A stretch of DNA of 63,275 nucleotides, filler included, from Bigelowiella natans CCMP2755 (taxonomy: Eukaryota > Protista > Cercozoa), in NCBI GenBank assembly GCA_000320545.1. It is 5 parts of 5 records of this genome, joined end to end, with 100 filler letters (N's around TTAATTAATTAA, not from the genome) between each part and the next. Parts side by side here need not be neighbours in the genome. Positions count along the whole stretch, not along the records: positions 25,413 to 56,829 come from ADNK01000842.1; 4 more parts are not named here. One strand, given 5' to 3'. The notes beneath the pieces were generated by a model. The model had not been told where the DNA came from, searched no databases, and saw nothing but the letters and a program-made list of their open reading frames with translations. The position numbers were made by a program, and so were the translations under genes. Shown here one piece after another: positions 26,373 through 40,893 of the stretch; position 1 is the stretch's first letter; the number at the start of each line of letters is the position of its first letter.

Positions 26373-27092
26373 CATAGATGCTCTTAATGTGCTTGCATCA
26401 TATCTCGCTTATCCATGTGTGTGTGTGTGTGTGTGTGCGCCGCCCAATCGATGCCCGGATTTGAAGTGCAAGGAGAAAGTACCTTCCGATCGAAATGGGG
26501 GGAAGTCGAAAATAAAAAGAAGAGGAAGCCAGTGATAACAGACCCCGTCCACTAAAGATTCGAACCAGAGAAGAGTTGCGAGAAAGAGAAATACAAAACG
26601 CTACACTTGTATCCATCGACCAAAGGGGGGGGGGGGCATAGCAACAGGATCTCTTGAATAGCTTAGAAGCACGAAACGAATCGAGAAATTTTGCGAATCA
26701 AACGACTTATACAGCCGCAGTAGAGAGGTGGAAGATACACCACTGCGCTAGAAGCTTATGGACAGTGTGGCGACGACGATAATAAGAAAAATCAGCACCT
26801 CCACAGCCCTCTTTATCTTTGATTCTTTGAATCTACGTTCGCTTTCTCTGTTGCGGGTCTTTTTCATATTAGTTGTTTTGCTACTCGCATCGCTTTGTCT
26901 GGCAACAAAACAAAAAAAGCCTGGAGTTTATTCGCATGATCTTATGAAGTACATAAACATATGTATTCTTTAAATACTTAAAATGTGTATTTGTATACAT
27001 GCATAGATGTATCAGCCTATATAAACATCAATAAAAAAACACAACTACACGTGTACCGTAAAAATAACAGTAAGATACAGTAAATATAAATA

Positions 27093-27152
<60 letters not shown>

Positions 27153-27569
27153 GTATACACATTATATGAAGTGATATCGTGGTGCCTTTTTCCATATGTC
27201 CCCCTTATGTCTCTTTTTTATGTGAAAAACAATTGATGGAGAGCGAACGCTATGAAGGAGGGTAAGTACGCACTCAGTCGTCTCGGCGGCCTGGGGCTGC
27301 GTGGTGACAATAGTAGGGCTAGGAGCAGTTGTTGCTTGGGAAGAAGCAGCACTGGGAGGCTCATCGCTGCTGCTGCTGCTACGATGATGTTGATGGTGAT
27401 GATGCTGACTCCGTGGTGCGTGGTGGCTGCGGCACCGGCTTGAAGCAGGACCACCAGCCTCCCTAGAATATGGTATATGCGCATGTGTGTCTGTGTGTGT
27501 GTGTCGTGGGGCGGGGGTAAAGAAGAGGAAAATGTTAGCAAGCTCTGGAAGAAACTTGATCGGATCTTC

Positions 27570-28170
27570 TCAACTCACTCCGTGGGGGACGAAGAAGAGG
27601 AGGGCGAGATGCCAAACAGCTGCTGGCCGCTACGACGAGCTGCCTCTATCCGCCTGCGTGCCACGGGAAACAGTCGCTTCAGTACGAGGTATACAGCATC
27701 ATTATCATCATTATTTATCATCATTGGCATTGCAAACAGTTAGCGGAGGACCGTTTGGATTCCCTCATTATAGCAACTCGCTGTTCCTGGGACATGGCCT
27801 AGGTTAATGGAATGGAGAATTTCACGCAACCGAAAGGGGAAAGCGATGGACGAATGCCAACGTCGCCGTCTTTGAGTCGTGACAAACCTCGAAGTACTGC
27901 CTTATCTTTTCCATGTGTCGTGCTCGTTCGGGGGGGCTCATTGCCGCGAATTCTTCCATCGAGATAGGTCGAGCCCCAGGTGAAGGAACGGATGCTGAGG
28001 TGGAACCACCCGACACATTATCTGCTCGATAATAAACACACTCCTGTCAAACGTACCGTTCGGTCTTCGAGAATGTCCAACGATTTTCGGCTGTTGATGA
28101 AAGGGGTGGGATTGGTTGGACCGCTATCAATTGGCTCAAGAAGGCCCGCGCCCTCTCCGTCGTCCTCCAT
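27570..28170 (-). CDS. Hypothetical spliced protein; 3' end uncertain
   Basis: In-frame GT-AG joins give MEDDGEGAGLLEP...RRPN|DNVSGG...MEEFAAMSPPERARHMEKIRQYFE|AMSQEQRVAIMRESK. Confidence 0.5.
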
Positions 28171-28971
28171 TTAGCAATATCTTTATCCCTGCCCTTCCCA
28201 AGCGGAAGTAGCGACCTCGGCCTCTGTACGAACGATTACGAATGATCACTGATATGAACGCTCTTGCGTCTGAAACAAATTAAGGGAGAATTCCTTCCAA
28301 ACGCCAATTATTTACCTTGTCGTTTGATGAAGATCACCTTTGCTCGACACTGTTTATTTCCCTGATGCTCCTGACACTGGGGTGCTCGTCGGTAAAAACT
28401 TCATGCAGGAAAAGTCGTAGGTAGGTGCTACCATTCCGTGGCCAACTGCGACAAAAATGGAAGAGCTTGCAGTGAGGACGGGTTAGATTTCGACAATTTC
28501 TTCGATGTTTCTAGCATAAGATTATTACTTCCTGCCCCCCGACAGCAGAGCGGATGCTGGTGGGCCAGAATTCTCCGTGGTGCTGTGGTGGGTACATAAT
28601 TCGAAGTCTGCGACACAGATTTATCTCGAAAATGTGTAAAATCCCATTGCATTTCTTCGATTTTTAACGGTTGTCGTCGTCTTTCCCCTTCTCTCCGCAC
28701 AAGAACAAGACACAAAACTTCAAACCCACGATCGAGGTTGCCCCCCCCTCATAATTTTTCTGTGAGACTGTAAGATTGACCATGAAAACAAAGTGGCCCA
28801 ATATCCCAATTTTGAATTGATTGAGGCAAGAGAGCATTGAAGAAGAGAGTGTCGTGCTGTTTCCCTGATTCCTTGTTGATCGAAATAATACTGAAAGGCG
28901 GGTCGCTTGATTGTGAAATAGGGTTTTGATTTGCTGAAAAATATACACACCAGCGGGTGCATACAACAACA

Positions 28972-29999
28972 ATGGCAAAAGGAAAGGTTCGTAAGCACAC
29001 GGCGAAGGAAATTCAAAGGAAGATAGACTCGCACAAGAGCAAAGGTACTTTGGTAAATATTTACGATGTACATGATGCTATATGTACCAATTTGCTACGG
29101 TGTTCACAATGCTATGTTTACGTTTTGAACACACGTGAGTCTCTTGTACTTATCCAATACCGGAAAATCACCCAGAATGAATGTGCTACACAGGGGGTGG
29201 AAAGAAGGGTGCAGCTGCTCGCAAGCCGAAGTGCAAATTGGTGCTAATTTTGTGAAATACTAAATGTATACGTATTCTTCCGCTGAAAGTCTATGGTAAA
29301 TACGAACTGGACGAAAGCATTAACACATACGCGAGCGTACACGCAAAGCAGAATGATAATCGGCATTATAACTTATATGACATCAGGTGTGCAAAGTTTG
29401 CATGCTTCAGAGTCCGAGCATTACAACCTTGCGGGTCATCTAGGAGCACCCTTTCACTCATCACCAAATTCTCTTCGAAGAAACATAAGCAATCAATTAG
29501 AATTGCTGAAACAACGATCGTTTTCATCATCAAAGCGTGCTCAATGCTCAATATCACCATCACCGCCGAATACGTGCTCAGTAGTTTCCGCCCCATCTTT
29601 GCTGTTCTGTGTTGTTTCTTAGATCCACTATGGCAATAAGCACCCAAGGTTGACATTCAGCCCCGCAGAATATGGATTTCCGGATGAGGACGAGGTGATG
29701 ATGATCCACGGAAAAATTAGTGAAAAGGAAGGACTGTTTGGAAAATGCGTGAGAAGAAAGACACCGCAGAGAGATTGTTTGACACTAGTCAGTATCTGTG
29801 TCGCTCTTCTTCATATATCCCCTTGCCTCCCGCCATCCTCTTCCTCAAACAAAACACATGCCGCAGAAACAAGCCAAGCCCGCGGCGAAGAAGCCTGCCG
29901 CCCCTGCTAAAAAGGAGGAGAAAGCGAAAAGCTATCCTCCCAACGACAAGATCAAAGACGCACTCACCAAGCTGTATACGGAGAAGGTGAGCGTTCGAG

Positions 30000-30032
<33 letters not shown>

Positions 30033-30529
30033 CGAAGATGATGAGAAAGGGGAGAACGGTTAATGTGTTGATGGTGGTTACGGTGATGGGAGAAGGGAGA
30101 TTTGGGTATAAGAGGACTTCTAGAATGGTGTGCCGCTGTTCCAATATGTGCATGTATGTGTGTATTCATTCGTCTCTCGGTGTACACACGCTGATTAGGC
30201 ACCGGAGAAGTTGGGAAATATCGACAAAATTATGACAAAGTACGACGGAAAATGGGACAAGCTGGAAGAGGTAATCAATGCCAGATTGCAAGCCATCGTG
30301 CAGCGTATTCGAAAAAAAAATGATGCGACAGAATTCCTGATCCCTGTCGTTTTTCATTCGTTGTTCATTGAGGAAGGACCTCCAGCATCAACCATTAGTC
30401 AATCCCCCAATTTATGATGAGACACACACCCATACACACACACACACGTTCATACTCTATCGATATGACGATCATTAGGGTCTTTCTAAGAAATTCGGAG
30501 CCATCGACCTGAACGCAATGTGTAAGTGA
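28972..30529 (+). CDS. MBS1: MBS1-like (Methylene Blue Sensitivity) small C2H2 zinc-finger protein with an added C-terminal helical domain, 7 exons
   Basis: MAKGKVRKHTAKEIQRKID..KGGGKKG..KLVCKVCMLQSPSITTLRIHYGNKHP matches, from memory, the MBS pattern KKHTAKEIQAKID..GGGKAG..CxxC..IHHESKHP. Confidence 0.75.
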
Positions 30530-31204
30530 TGATTATAGTGAGGAGATAAAATGATACGTACAGACGGCAACCACTACCGCCAGCGGCTTCAATAGGCGAG
30601 TTAGCCTGCTATATTGTTATGACGAAATTAAATTGCAACAACATTTGCATCTAATTTCATTTCCATTAGCGTAGCAGACATTGACAACGATTTGAATGCA
30701 TGATCAAATTGTCTAACAATGCGCTCGCGTGGACAACTCATGTGCCAGCGTAGGCATGCGATGTTTATGTGTATATCATGCAAATGGGCGCGTGCGCAGG
30801 GCGCAAAATTATCAACAGTAGATGCCTGACTAGCTGAAGCGCTGCACTCGATCGACCATTCTGCTAGCATTGACTAGCTGCGTAGCAACAAGGTGTGTGC
30901 CAATATTAATGAAATTTGCGACAGTACAGGCTAGCAGGGTCTACGTAGCGCACGCATTTCATTGCACACTGCATTTTGATGTATACACATTATGCACGGC
31001 GATGTCTGTAGTCGATTCATTTGTCAGCATGCGTCCGCCCATGCTAGCATGTGCGAATGGCGTCGCTAGCATATAGACAGCAGTGTGACATTGGCAAATA
31101 TTCCGCCAACGCGTACGTGTAGTAGTGCGTGGAATAGTGATCACGAGGACATGTGTGTAAATTTACATGTAGTAAACACACCACACGCCGCTAGGCTACG
31201 CTTG

Positions 31205-31829
31205 CTACTTGAATGCCATGAGCAAGGAGTCAAAATTGTAAGCATCGAGCGCCTTGGCACACGCCTCACTGTTCTTTGGCTCCACGCCTGGAATGACGCA
31301 ACAACAAGAGAGAAAAAGGGATGGAGTCAGAGAACAAACAGATTCCTCAACGTCGTTGAGAGTTCATAGATGCAGACACCAAGCCATTCCTTTTGTTTGT
31401 CATGAGAAGAGAGAGGGGGTAACAGATGTGAAATGTCTTTGGAGTGAAAAATGTGTGCGTGCATGTATGCTTGCCCACGAGAGCCAACGACCGGTCAGGA
31501 GCTTGTACTTGTCGACGTATAAGTCCATCACGATCCCCTTTAGGAATGCCAAATGCTTTGGCGCGCTCTTCATCTCTTCCCGTATCTTTTCCTCGTTGGT
31601 GAGAATGCTCTGGTACCTACACGATAGTATCACCGCAGAAAGTCACGAGGAGGCAGTATTGGGGCAGTTTGGTTTTCTGGAGCTACTGTTAGTTTTGTGT
31701 GTGAATGAATTTTTGATCATGTCGCCCATCATCATATGTGCACGTGTTTCCCGTTACTCTTGGCTGAGGAAAGACAATTCGTCTTCGTGCGATTGTATCT
31801 CCTGAGACGTCGATTAGCGCGCGCGCGCG

Positions 31830-31905
<76 letters not shown>

Positions 31906-32143
31906 GAGGAGAGAGAGAGAGAGAGGAGGAGGAGAGAGAGAGTAGTAGTAGTAGTACATGGTTACTATTGATGCAGCTAATGATGGTCATATTGGAGAAG
32001 TATAGTTGTATCGCATGCATAATACGTAAGCAAGCCTCTCCACTCATTGATTCACTCACCCGCTCATGCAGCCGATTTTATCTATAGAGTAAGAAGACAG
32101 GGTCCAACGGCACACACGCCCCCCCCCCCCACCCCATTTCCAT

Positions 32144-32183
<40 letters not shown>

Positions 32184-32423
32184 CCATCCATCGTATACTA
32201 CGTACAAAACACTTAATATTGAGTTCCTTGGTAACCATGACACTCCTCATCCTCATCATCATCACCATCATCATCATCGTCGTGGTCGTCATCGTCATCA
32301 CCGCCGTCGTTTGTGGACGCATGCACGCAGTACCCGAGGTCTCAGCATCTTCAACATGTGGAAGATGCTCTCCTTTTTGGCGTCCAGCTGGATCTCGATC
32401 CTCACCTGAGACCGATCACATAT

Positions 32424-32494
<71 letters not shown>

Positions 32495-32615
32495 GCCATT
32501 CACTACAGAGCAATAATGGGGACAGGAGGAGGGGGGGGAAAGAGTCGAGGAAGGCTGTGATGTGTAGTTATAGTAGGATAATTGAATGACAGTACGCAAG
32601 CCCTCCTATCTGCCA

Positions 32616-32712
<97 letters not shown>

Positions 32713-33085
32713 GAGAGAGAGAGGAGCAGGCACCTGCCGCTTCGTCGCTTCCCTCGAGATGACTTCCTTTATGATCGTAATCACGGTCACTGATTCGGAG
32801 ACAAATGAAGCCTGCAACGATAGACAGACAGCAGCAATATAAACCAGCATAGAAATCCCTCAACAACACCAAGCCAAACAGATAACAAATGAGTTCTCCA
32901 CCCCCCCCCCCCCCCCCCCGTCCTCTCTCTCATTTGAGTTTACGGTGCAGGATCCTCCGATTTGCGTCTGTATTTACCTTCCCCTTGCAGTACAAGCACG
33001 TTAGTGTGGAGTCGATGAAGCAAGAACGATATCTGACCAGCAGGGTGGTATTGATGATGTTGATGATAATGACGATGACGATGCT

Positions 33086-33116
<31 letters not shown>

Positions 33117-33844
33117 ATTCAGCGATGAAGATTCTCTACTACCCTAGCTCCGCACGGTCGGAGGAGAGGCGGGCAGGGATCCCTGGAAGCACGATCGATA
33201 TCCTATAAATTCTTACGCTCAGATCTCTACCACGACAACAGCCGAACATATTGAGGCTGTGCTACGACTACTACTACAACGACAACAACAGCTGCCGCTA
33301 CTGCAGATCTCTTACTCCATTACCAAGCATGGACTTGAGCACGTGAGAAGTCGCCCGTGATGTCCAGCGTATTCACTGGCGCTCCTAACCAACAAAACGC
33401 CAATAAAACACCACGCCGTGACATGACGGAAAATAGCTGATGATATTCCGTGCAGTCCCCAGCGCGTGTGTGCGTGTGCGTGTGCGTGTGCGTGTGCGTG
33501 TGCGTGTGCGTGTGCGTGTGCGTGTATGTGTGTGTGTGCGTGCAGATCATGCGTTGTTGCACCTTCTTGGAGTTTCTTAGCTTCTGCATAGTCCACTTTG
33601 GCGTGGAGCGATAGCGGCTGACGATCGTGAGACGAAACAGAAGATAAGAAGATGAAGAAGAAAAGGAAGAAAAAGAACAAACATGAGAATAAAGGACGAG
33701 GGCGGACGATGCCAGAGTCAGCATATTTGATAATGATGATGATGGCGGTGTCAACACTAACTGAACGACGTAAACACGACATCCTTCTGCTCCTCCTCCT
33801 CCTCCTCCTACCACTACTACTGCTACTACTTCTACCAATTACTA

Positions 33845-33878
<34 letters not shown>

Positions 33879-34060
33879 TAATTAGAAGATGCTGAAACCT
33901 TGACTGGCACTTGGAGCCTCTGGGATGTCTTTGGAGACGTTTTAGGGATCACATACGCCGATATCGTGCCGAACTGACCCTCCACCGTCCGAAGCCGTAT
34001 CCCTAAAACGATCGTCATTATCTTCATCATCATCACCATTACACACCGCCATCGTCGATT

Positions 34061-34098
<38 letters not shown>

Positions 34099-35641
34099 CA
34101 ATATATTTTTTAAATATGCGAGTATTATTATTTTCAGGGTTGGGGGGCAAACTGAACTAAGCTTTGTCGTCCTCGTGACGCAAGTGTACGTGGCCAGCAC
34201 CGCGCTCTTTTCCTTGCGGTCAGCCTCCGTCTGCGCCCAAACAGCAGCAGCATCGTAAGGGAGGGGAGACGGTTGTTTTTACCACATGGGGCTGGTGAGA
34301 AAGGGTTCAGTCTTTATTTGAGCTGCTGTGCTGACATTGGGATGATACAGCTACTTCCCCCTTACCCCCCTCCTCCTTCTCTACCTACTGCCGCTGCGAG
34401 TGGTTGCAATTATTGCTGCACACGGCTACTACTACCTGACTGAGGAGTGCCTGGTTGGTGTCTGTTTCCATCAACAGCAGCGGGACGTCGCTGTGCAGCA
34501 CTACCATCTGATAATGACGATGGCGATGATGAGGATGGCGATGGCCACCAGCGGGCGGAGTCGAAGAATAGGGCATGCGACGACAACAACCAGTCCACAA
34601 GGAATGATAGACGAGCCCGTAGACTTGCAACGGCGCAACAATGATGATGCAGCAGCAAAACGCATTGTTCGTTGTCACTTTGGCGACATCATCATCATCA
34701 TCATCATCATCATCATTATCGTCACCATTTATGAACAGCAGTGTGCTATACCCCCCCTCCCACCCCCCCCCCTCCTCTCTCCCTCACCTCGATCGGCAGC
34801 TCGATCTCTATGGCTAGTGTGTAGCAAGCGTTCTCCTCGTCCAGCTTCATCGAGTAGTTCATGTTGAACTGCTTCTGCGCGGCGATCGTCTGCGACGAGG
34901 CGGAGCTGAACTTCGTCTTCATGTCCTGCAGCAAGTGCGGTGGCGGAGGGGGGGGGTGGGGTGGGCGGTGGTTTCACCAAGGGCGGAAAAGACACTCAAT
35001 CTATGCACGTCTCGGCGACAGCGGCAGCAGTAGCTAGCAGCACAATCTCACGCAAACTTTCCCCTCCCGACACACAATGAGGACCACGAATAGAGAAGGC
35101 TTCGCAGCATTCAGATGGCGATCGTATCGAGTACTGTCAGCACTCACTGTTATCACCATTACTGCTATTATTACTAGTAGTCCCTATTATTGTTGTTGTT
35201 GTTGTTATTATTGTTATTATTATTATCACTTTGATCTCTTGCTGTAGCGCCTGTATGTCCGCCTCGAGCTTTAGCGCTTCTGCGGAGCTGGCCGCTGATG
35301 ACGACGATTTTGCATCACCGCCCTTTTGGTTATTCTTCGTCCTCCTTTTTTCTTTGCCTGCTGCTGCATCACCATCATTATTTAGTCCTGCGCTGGCCAT
35401 CTTATCCTCCTCCTTAAACGTCAACGACACCAGTCGCCCAGAATACCTAGACCACGTATAGTGGAAGAAGAAGAAGAAGAAGAAGAAGAAGAAGAAGAGG
35501 AGGAGGAGGAAAATATGAGGAAGATGATCATTAACATGATTACGGCGATATCAATGGTAGCATTTGGGGGAGGCTCTTGACAACAAAAGAAGCAGAGGCA
35601 ATACGGGAATCAACATCATTGCCAAGAAGCTTGGACAGCGC

Positions 35642-35675
<34 letters not shown>

Positions 35676-36150
35676 TACATCCATACCCACACATCAATAG
35701 CAAGTATTTATATGGTACGTGTGTGTGTGTGTGTGTGTGTGTGTATCATGTGCATTTTTATTCCGTATGCGAGGGTATACGCACGTGCTGGCGAGTAGGT
35801 CGGTATTCATGGAGACGATGTTGCCTGGTGGTAGGAATAAGAACGATTGGCCAAAAAACCGCAGCATGCAGACAGCAGGAAGGCGATATTCAACACATCA
35901 TTAGCTTCTTGATTGTAGTGTCTCATAACGTATAAATACTAGGGTATGTATGAGGAACGTGGGCATTCAAATCAGTGAGCTAGTAATAGTGCGGATGGAT
36001 AATATATTGCCGTGAATGACGCTTGTGATCGTCTCGCTGCTGATCTGCTCCGAATACTTCAAGCTCGGCCCGTCTGCGGTGATGTTCAGCACCTACGACG
36101 AACGACGACAACGTGGAGGAGGAGGAGGAGGAAGAAGCATTTGTATCCCT

Positions 36151-36193
<43 letters not shown>

Positions 36194-37376
36194 CTCTGCT
36201 TGCTCTGACTCGCTGAACTCTTTCTTTCTATGTCGTCTCCGGGGATCGCAGGCAGCAACGTACCTCAATGCTTCCGTCTTCTCTCGCGACGACGACGTCG
36301 GGCACACCTTGTATATTGATTAAGAAGAACAAAGACAACTGTTAGAATCGCGCGGACCTGTATATCACCGATATATTGTTGCGTCTTACTCTCCCACCCC
36401 CTCTCTCCGTTGTTTCTTCCCCATGCGTGCAATAATGAATAGCTAATAAGACTGCCCCGACGACATCCTCCAACCATCACAAATCTCTCTCTCTCTCTCT
36501 ACATATATATTAATATATATAGTGATATTTGTTTATCGAATGGTAGTAATAATGATTATGGCGGCGTTATGAAGACACACCATCTTGGAGAACATCTACG
36601 GCATCCAGGGCAGTGATGGCAGCTTTCTTCCCGTCACCCTTATACATCCAACCCGGCCGGATGCCCCCTCCCTTTCTCACGTTGATCTGGCCAACTTTTC
36701 CATTATCCGTGCCATAGACGAGGCCTCCGACGGGCTGTATAAATATAAATATAAGTATATATGACGGAATGAAAGGATGTTTTACGTGACTGATGCGACG
36801 ACGACAAATCAAGAAGAGGAAGAGGGGGAGGGGGAGGGAGGGGGGGGGGCGTTGATGATGAAGCTCTTATGTGTTGTTCTTTGTGTACATATAAGATTAT
36901 ATAGTTTGTTGGGAAAAGACGCTAGATTTCTCTCACCGTTTCTGCATCTCGGTTGATCTCAGCCTCAAGTGTAAGTGCGGTCACAGAGCCAGGAATCTTC
37001 GGATGCGCTATCATCTTAGTACCTGGAGGAGGAGGAGAGGAAAGAAGAACAGGAGGAAGCTGAGGAGGTGATTGTATGAGGGTTATGATGAAGCTGCTGC
37101 TACTAAGTAGGAGCAAAATAGGAGGGGGGGGAATAGGCCACATCTAATATTGTGTCCATTGAGGATATTGTCCTTCTCCATCATTAGCATCGAGCTCACA
37201 CTTACCATCAACGATGCGGATATATCGATCTTCGCATCCCAAAGCGACCACGATGGCACCCATGGCACCATTCTCTGATAAGTGTGGCATTGGGCACATT
37301 GCATGGATCACATCCTGGGAATTGAAGAAACCCTTCTCCGTAACTTTGCTACCTTCCGCCTGCATAGTCAAGCAAC

Positions 37377-37417
<41 letters not shown>

Positions 37418-38423
37418 ATTATTCTTCACAAGCCCAATAGTGAACTGCTAGCCAATGGTATGTGGTAAAAGAGCAAGGCACACGCATGAAATACAGAGTT
37501 TGGGAGCTTTTCCATGTCCTCGCCTCTAAAGTCTTGGTCGTTCCTCAATTTCTCGCTTATTACGCTGTTACTACACTACTACTGCTGCTGCTGCTACCTC
37601 AAAATGGTTGATGTTAAACTCGCAACACGTGTAGATGCTTGGGTTTTCGACAAAAAGGGCCTTGATATCGTCGGTGATGGGGGCCTCGAACGCGAAGAAG
37701 GTCTTTCCCTTCTTTGTCATAGCCTTGATTTTGTTGCCATGAGCGACGAATAGCTTATCCTATACGGTATCATATGTACCCAATTTATCAGCGCTGGAGA
37801 TGAGCATCATGCCGGAAAACGGCACAGCATTATAATTGAATTAATCACGCCATTTTTGCTAGATTTTGGCATTGCCTTTGACCCTGGAGGACCTCCTAAG
37901 GAGAGTGCGGTTACGCCTTTCCGTTCTTGAGTCTGGGATAAGATCTTCGGAGTTCCACTCTTAAGGGTGATGAACTGGACCTGAGATGGCGGGCGCTTGT
38001 GAGACTTGAGTACGTCCAAGAAGGCACTATAGCAGTAACTGTCATGACTTCCCCAGGCCCTCCCTCCCTCCCTCCTTCTCTATATATCTCTCTGTTCTGC
38101 TCGTTAAACTCTCTTAATCACCAAGCCAGATTTGTTCCCAAACACGATTTTTTGGATCTTTCGCTTTGCGGACGGGAACGCAGCGAGGCATCCTCTTTCG
38201 TTGGACCTACGAAGGAAGCACATATACAACACAGCCAGAATTGTAGATATAACGATGCTAAACAGATGATTTTGTGCATCATATCCCCTCAATATCTGCA
38301 TAGACACACGTGAAGCAACTCTCCTCCATTATAACTGCATGAATCAACACATCTTCTTTTGCCGAAGTATAGTCGTTACCCGCCGAGGAATAGGAACTCC
38401 TTCGTGTCGAACACGTAAGACAT
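31205..38423 (-). CDS. BBS7: Bardet-Biedl syndrome 7 protein (BBSome subunit), multi-exon
   Basis: QKIVFGNKSG, ALSLGG, DKLFVAHGNKIKAMTKKGKTFFAF, VALGCEDRYIRI, LVYGTDNGKVG, and C-terminal PKHLAFLKGIVMDLYVDKYK...LDAYNFDSLL. Confidence 0.9.
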
Positions 38424-38589
38424 GCTGATGCAGCTTCTCTCGTTAACCCGACTGTTGAATTATGACCGGTCAATCCCCTCCTGCTCCTCCCTCACGTCCC
38501 GCCGGAAGAATTGGGCGGTGGATTAAGGGGACAGGGTTTGATGAGCTGGGCGTTGGGGAGGATTGATTATTGGGACTTCGGTGTTAAGA

Positions 38590-39902
38590 TATGTCGAACA
38601 CAGATGAAAGCATCATCAATACAGAAATAAAGGCAAAAATACATTGACGACTTGATGAGGATATCTTTTTTAGCGAATTTCGCGCCTCCTCCACCCTCGA
38701 AGCCAACCCGTTTTGATGTTTCTGGGGACACGGGATCCCTGCTGGAATCCCGGTTTGAAACTGGAGCTGGACTCCATGATGGATTTGACCATCCGTGAAA
38801 CTGCTCGAGGGCAAGCCGGAAACATCTAAAGATTCCTTGCCTTTGTCGGTCTGGACAAGGGCAGCTCAGACTCCTATCGTGAAAGTCTATTTTTTACATT
38901 AATTAGTAGTTTCCGGCTTATATATCTGTCTAAAGTTGATATACCTGTGCTCTAGAGAAGAAGATGGAGCCGGCGGATCCTGTCGCAGGGAGGGGCGAGG
39001 CTATGGTGAAAGCTGCAGAGTATAAGAAAGGTTAACTGGAAGAAGATAAGCGCAGCTCTCTATTTTACTCACGATCATTTCCTTTAGATGAGGATGTACA
39101 GAGGCAGAATCAGGATGCAGAAGGGGATGGAGATGAAGGAGAAGAGGTCCCGGATGGAATAGGAGTCATCACAGATCGCTTTAAAGTCATATCCTACACC
39201 GGCGGTGCGGTCTTACTTCATACTAGAGTCCTTTTCACTTGTAGCGGGCTCCCTTAGAATGAATGTTCCATCCATTTCAGAGCTATAACATACCTGTTGC
39301 GTGCACTTGTGGCTTGACGAGAGGAAATGAATATCTAAACGAGACGTAATATATTAGGTGCTCACAGTTCGGAATATGGCATTGGTAAGCTAAGAACAAA
39401 AATCATGATAACGTCCTCCTCCTCCGACCCTCAATGAGATCTTCGTTACCGTACCTTTCCAGAGAACGTGCTTCAGGACGAGGGCATCCATTGCAGCAAG
39501 CCGGGCAAAGTATTTTATACGATAACAATCCCTGTTTGCCCACACATAGAAGCGTAGGGACAATACGATATATACCCCCCAGCCTAACCTTCTCATCATT
39601 GTAATAAGAAACGATGGTATTATCACTCAGAACTTCGACCTCCTCCTGGAGTTCAACAACCCAAAAGGGGCTATAATATCCACTCTGGTGAGTCTAGTGG
39701 TCAAAATGAAGGAGTACGAGGAGGAGAGGAAGACGACATTTGCTAAGTAATCCTTGATAAGCTTTAATTTTTGTTAGCTGATTCGCGGGTCTCCGGCATG
39801 CAGCGCTCCGCTGAAGAACGCCATTGTACAAATCTACCAAAGAACAACCAAAACAATCTACTATCCGTATACATGCTCTTACCCCGCTCTCCCCCCCCCC
39901 CC

Positions 39903-39944
<42 letters not shown>

Positions 39945-40154
39945 ATTTACCTATATTTTAAGATTGACAACGCTTGGGGGGGGGGATAACAAGAGCAAAT
40001 TTATACATATCATGTCAACTCAGGTGTTCGTCTCAGAGGGGAAGCCTCGGAAGGGCCTGAAATACGCAAAAGTCTTCGACTCTGTCACTGATAAAAACAT
40101 GTAAATATGCGTAGATATTCATATACACATGCACGAATCGTATTGTAGCTGTAT

Positions 40155-40202
<48 letters not shown>

Positions 40203-40856
40203 CGCTTTGTCTGTGAAGTATGTGCGTGAGCAAGAGCGTCTTATTTACAAGAACTTGTCACCATCATCATGCTTAAACCGAGGCTTTTGCTGTTGTCCAA
40301 GGTACAATAACCAAATACATAAATCATTTCACAAAAGGTTCGAGTCAAAAGTTGAGGATATGAAGGAATCCGACTCCGCCACACCGGTCGGTACATATCA
40401 CATACACAATTTTTTAGCTGCAAAGATATATCACGCAATCTCAGCTCCCCCCCCCCTCCCCCCCCCCACACACACATTCCCACGCATTTGCAGGTGGGAT
40501 ATTTGGAGACGGATGAGGAGGTATATATACATATTTTTTAGAAACATTAACGGTCAGTAGAACGATGACGCCGAGAGTTAAGAGCGAGGGCGTTGGGTAG
40601 ATTTAGGAATTGAGTGATGAGATCTTTAACGTTTGACACATGCTGCTGCTGCTGCTGTCTTTCAAAAACATCGTTTAGAGTCTCGAAGGCATTCTATCCA
40701 TCACACCGTGGGCAAAAGGTAGCGACAGTGCTGTGTTGTGTATGTGTGTGTGTGTGTGTGTGTGTGATTACAAGTAATGAGAGCTGCACCGTGCAATAAG
40801 ATACTTCGGAGAGGAAATCACCACGGCCTACTTCCTGTGACAATATCTTCTAGTAT

Positions 40857-40893
<37 letters not shown>

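Noticed and set aside
33464-33543. (TGTGCG)n and other compound CA/CG/TA arrays as evidence for the TpA process
   Set aside because: Ordinary slippage plus transitions explains compound microsatellites, and intact (TA)n is abundant in introns.
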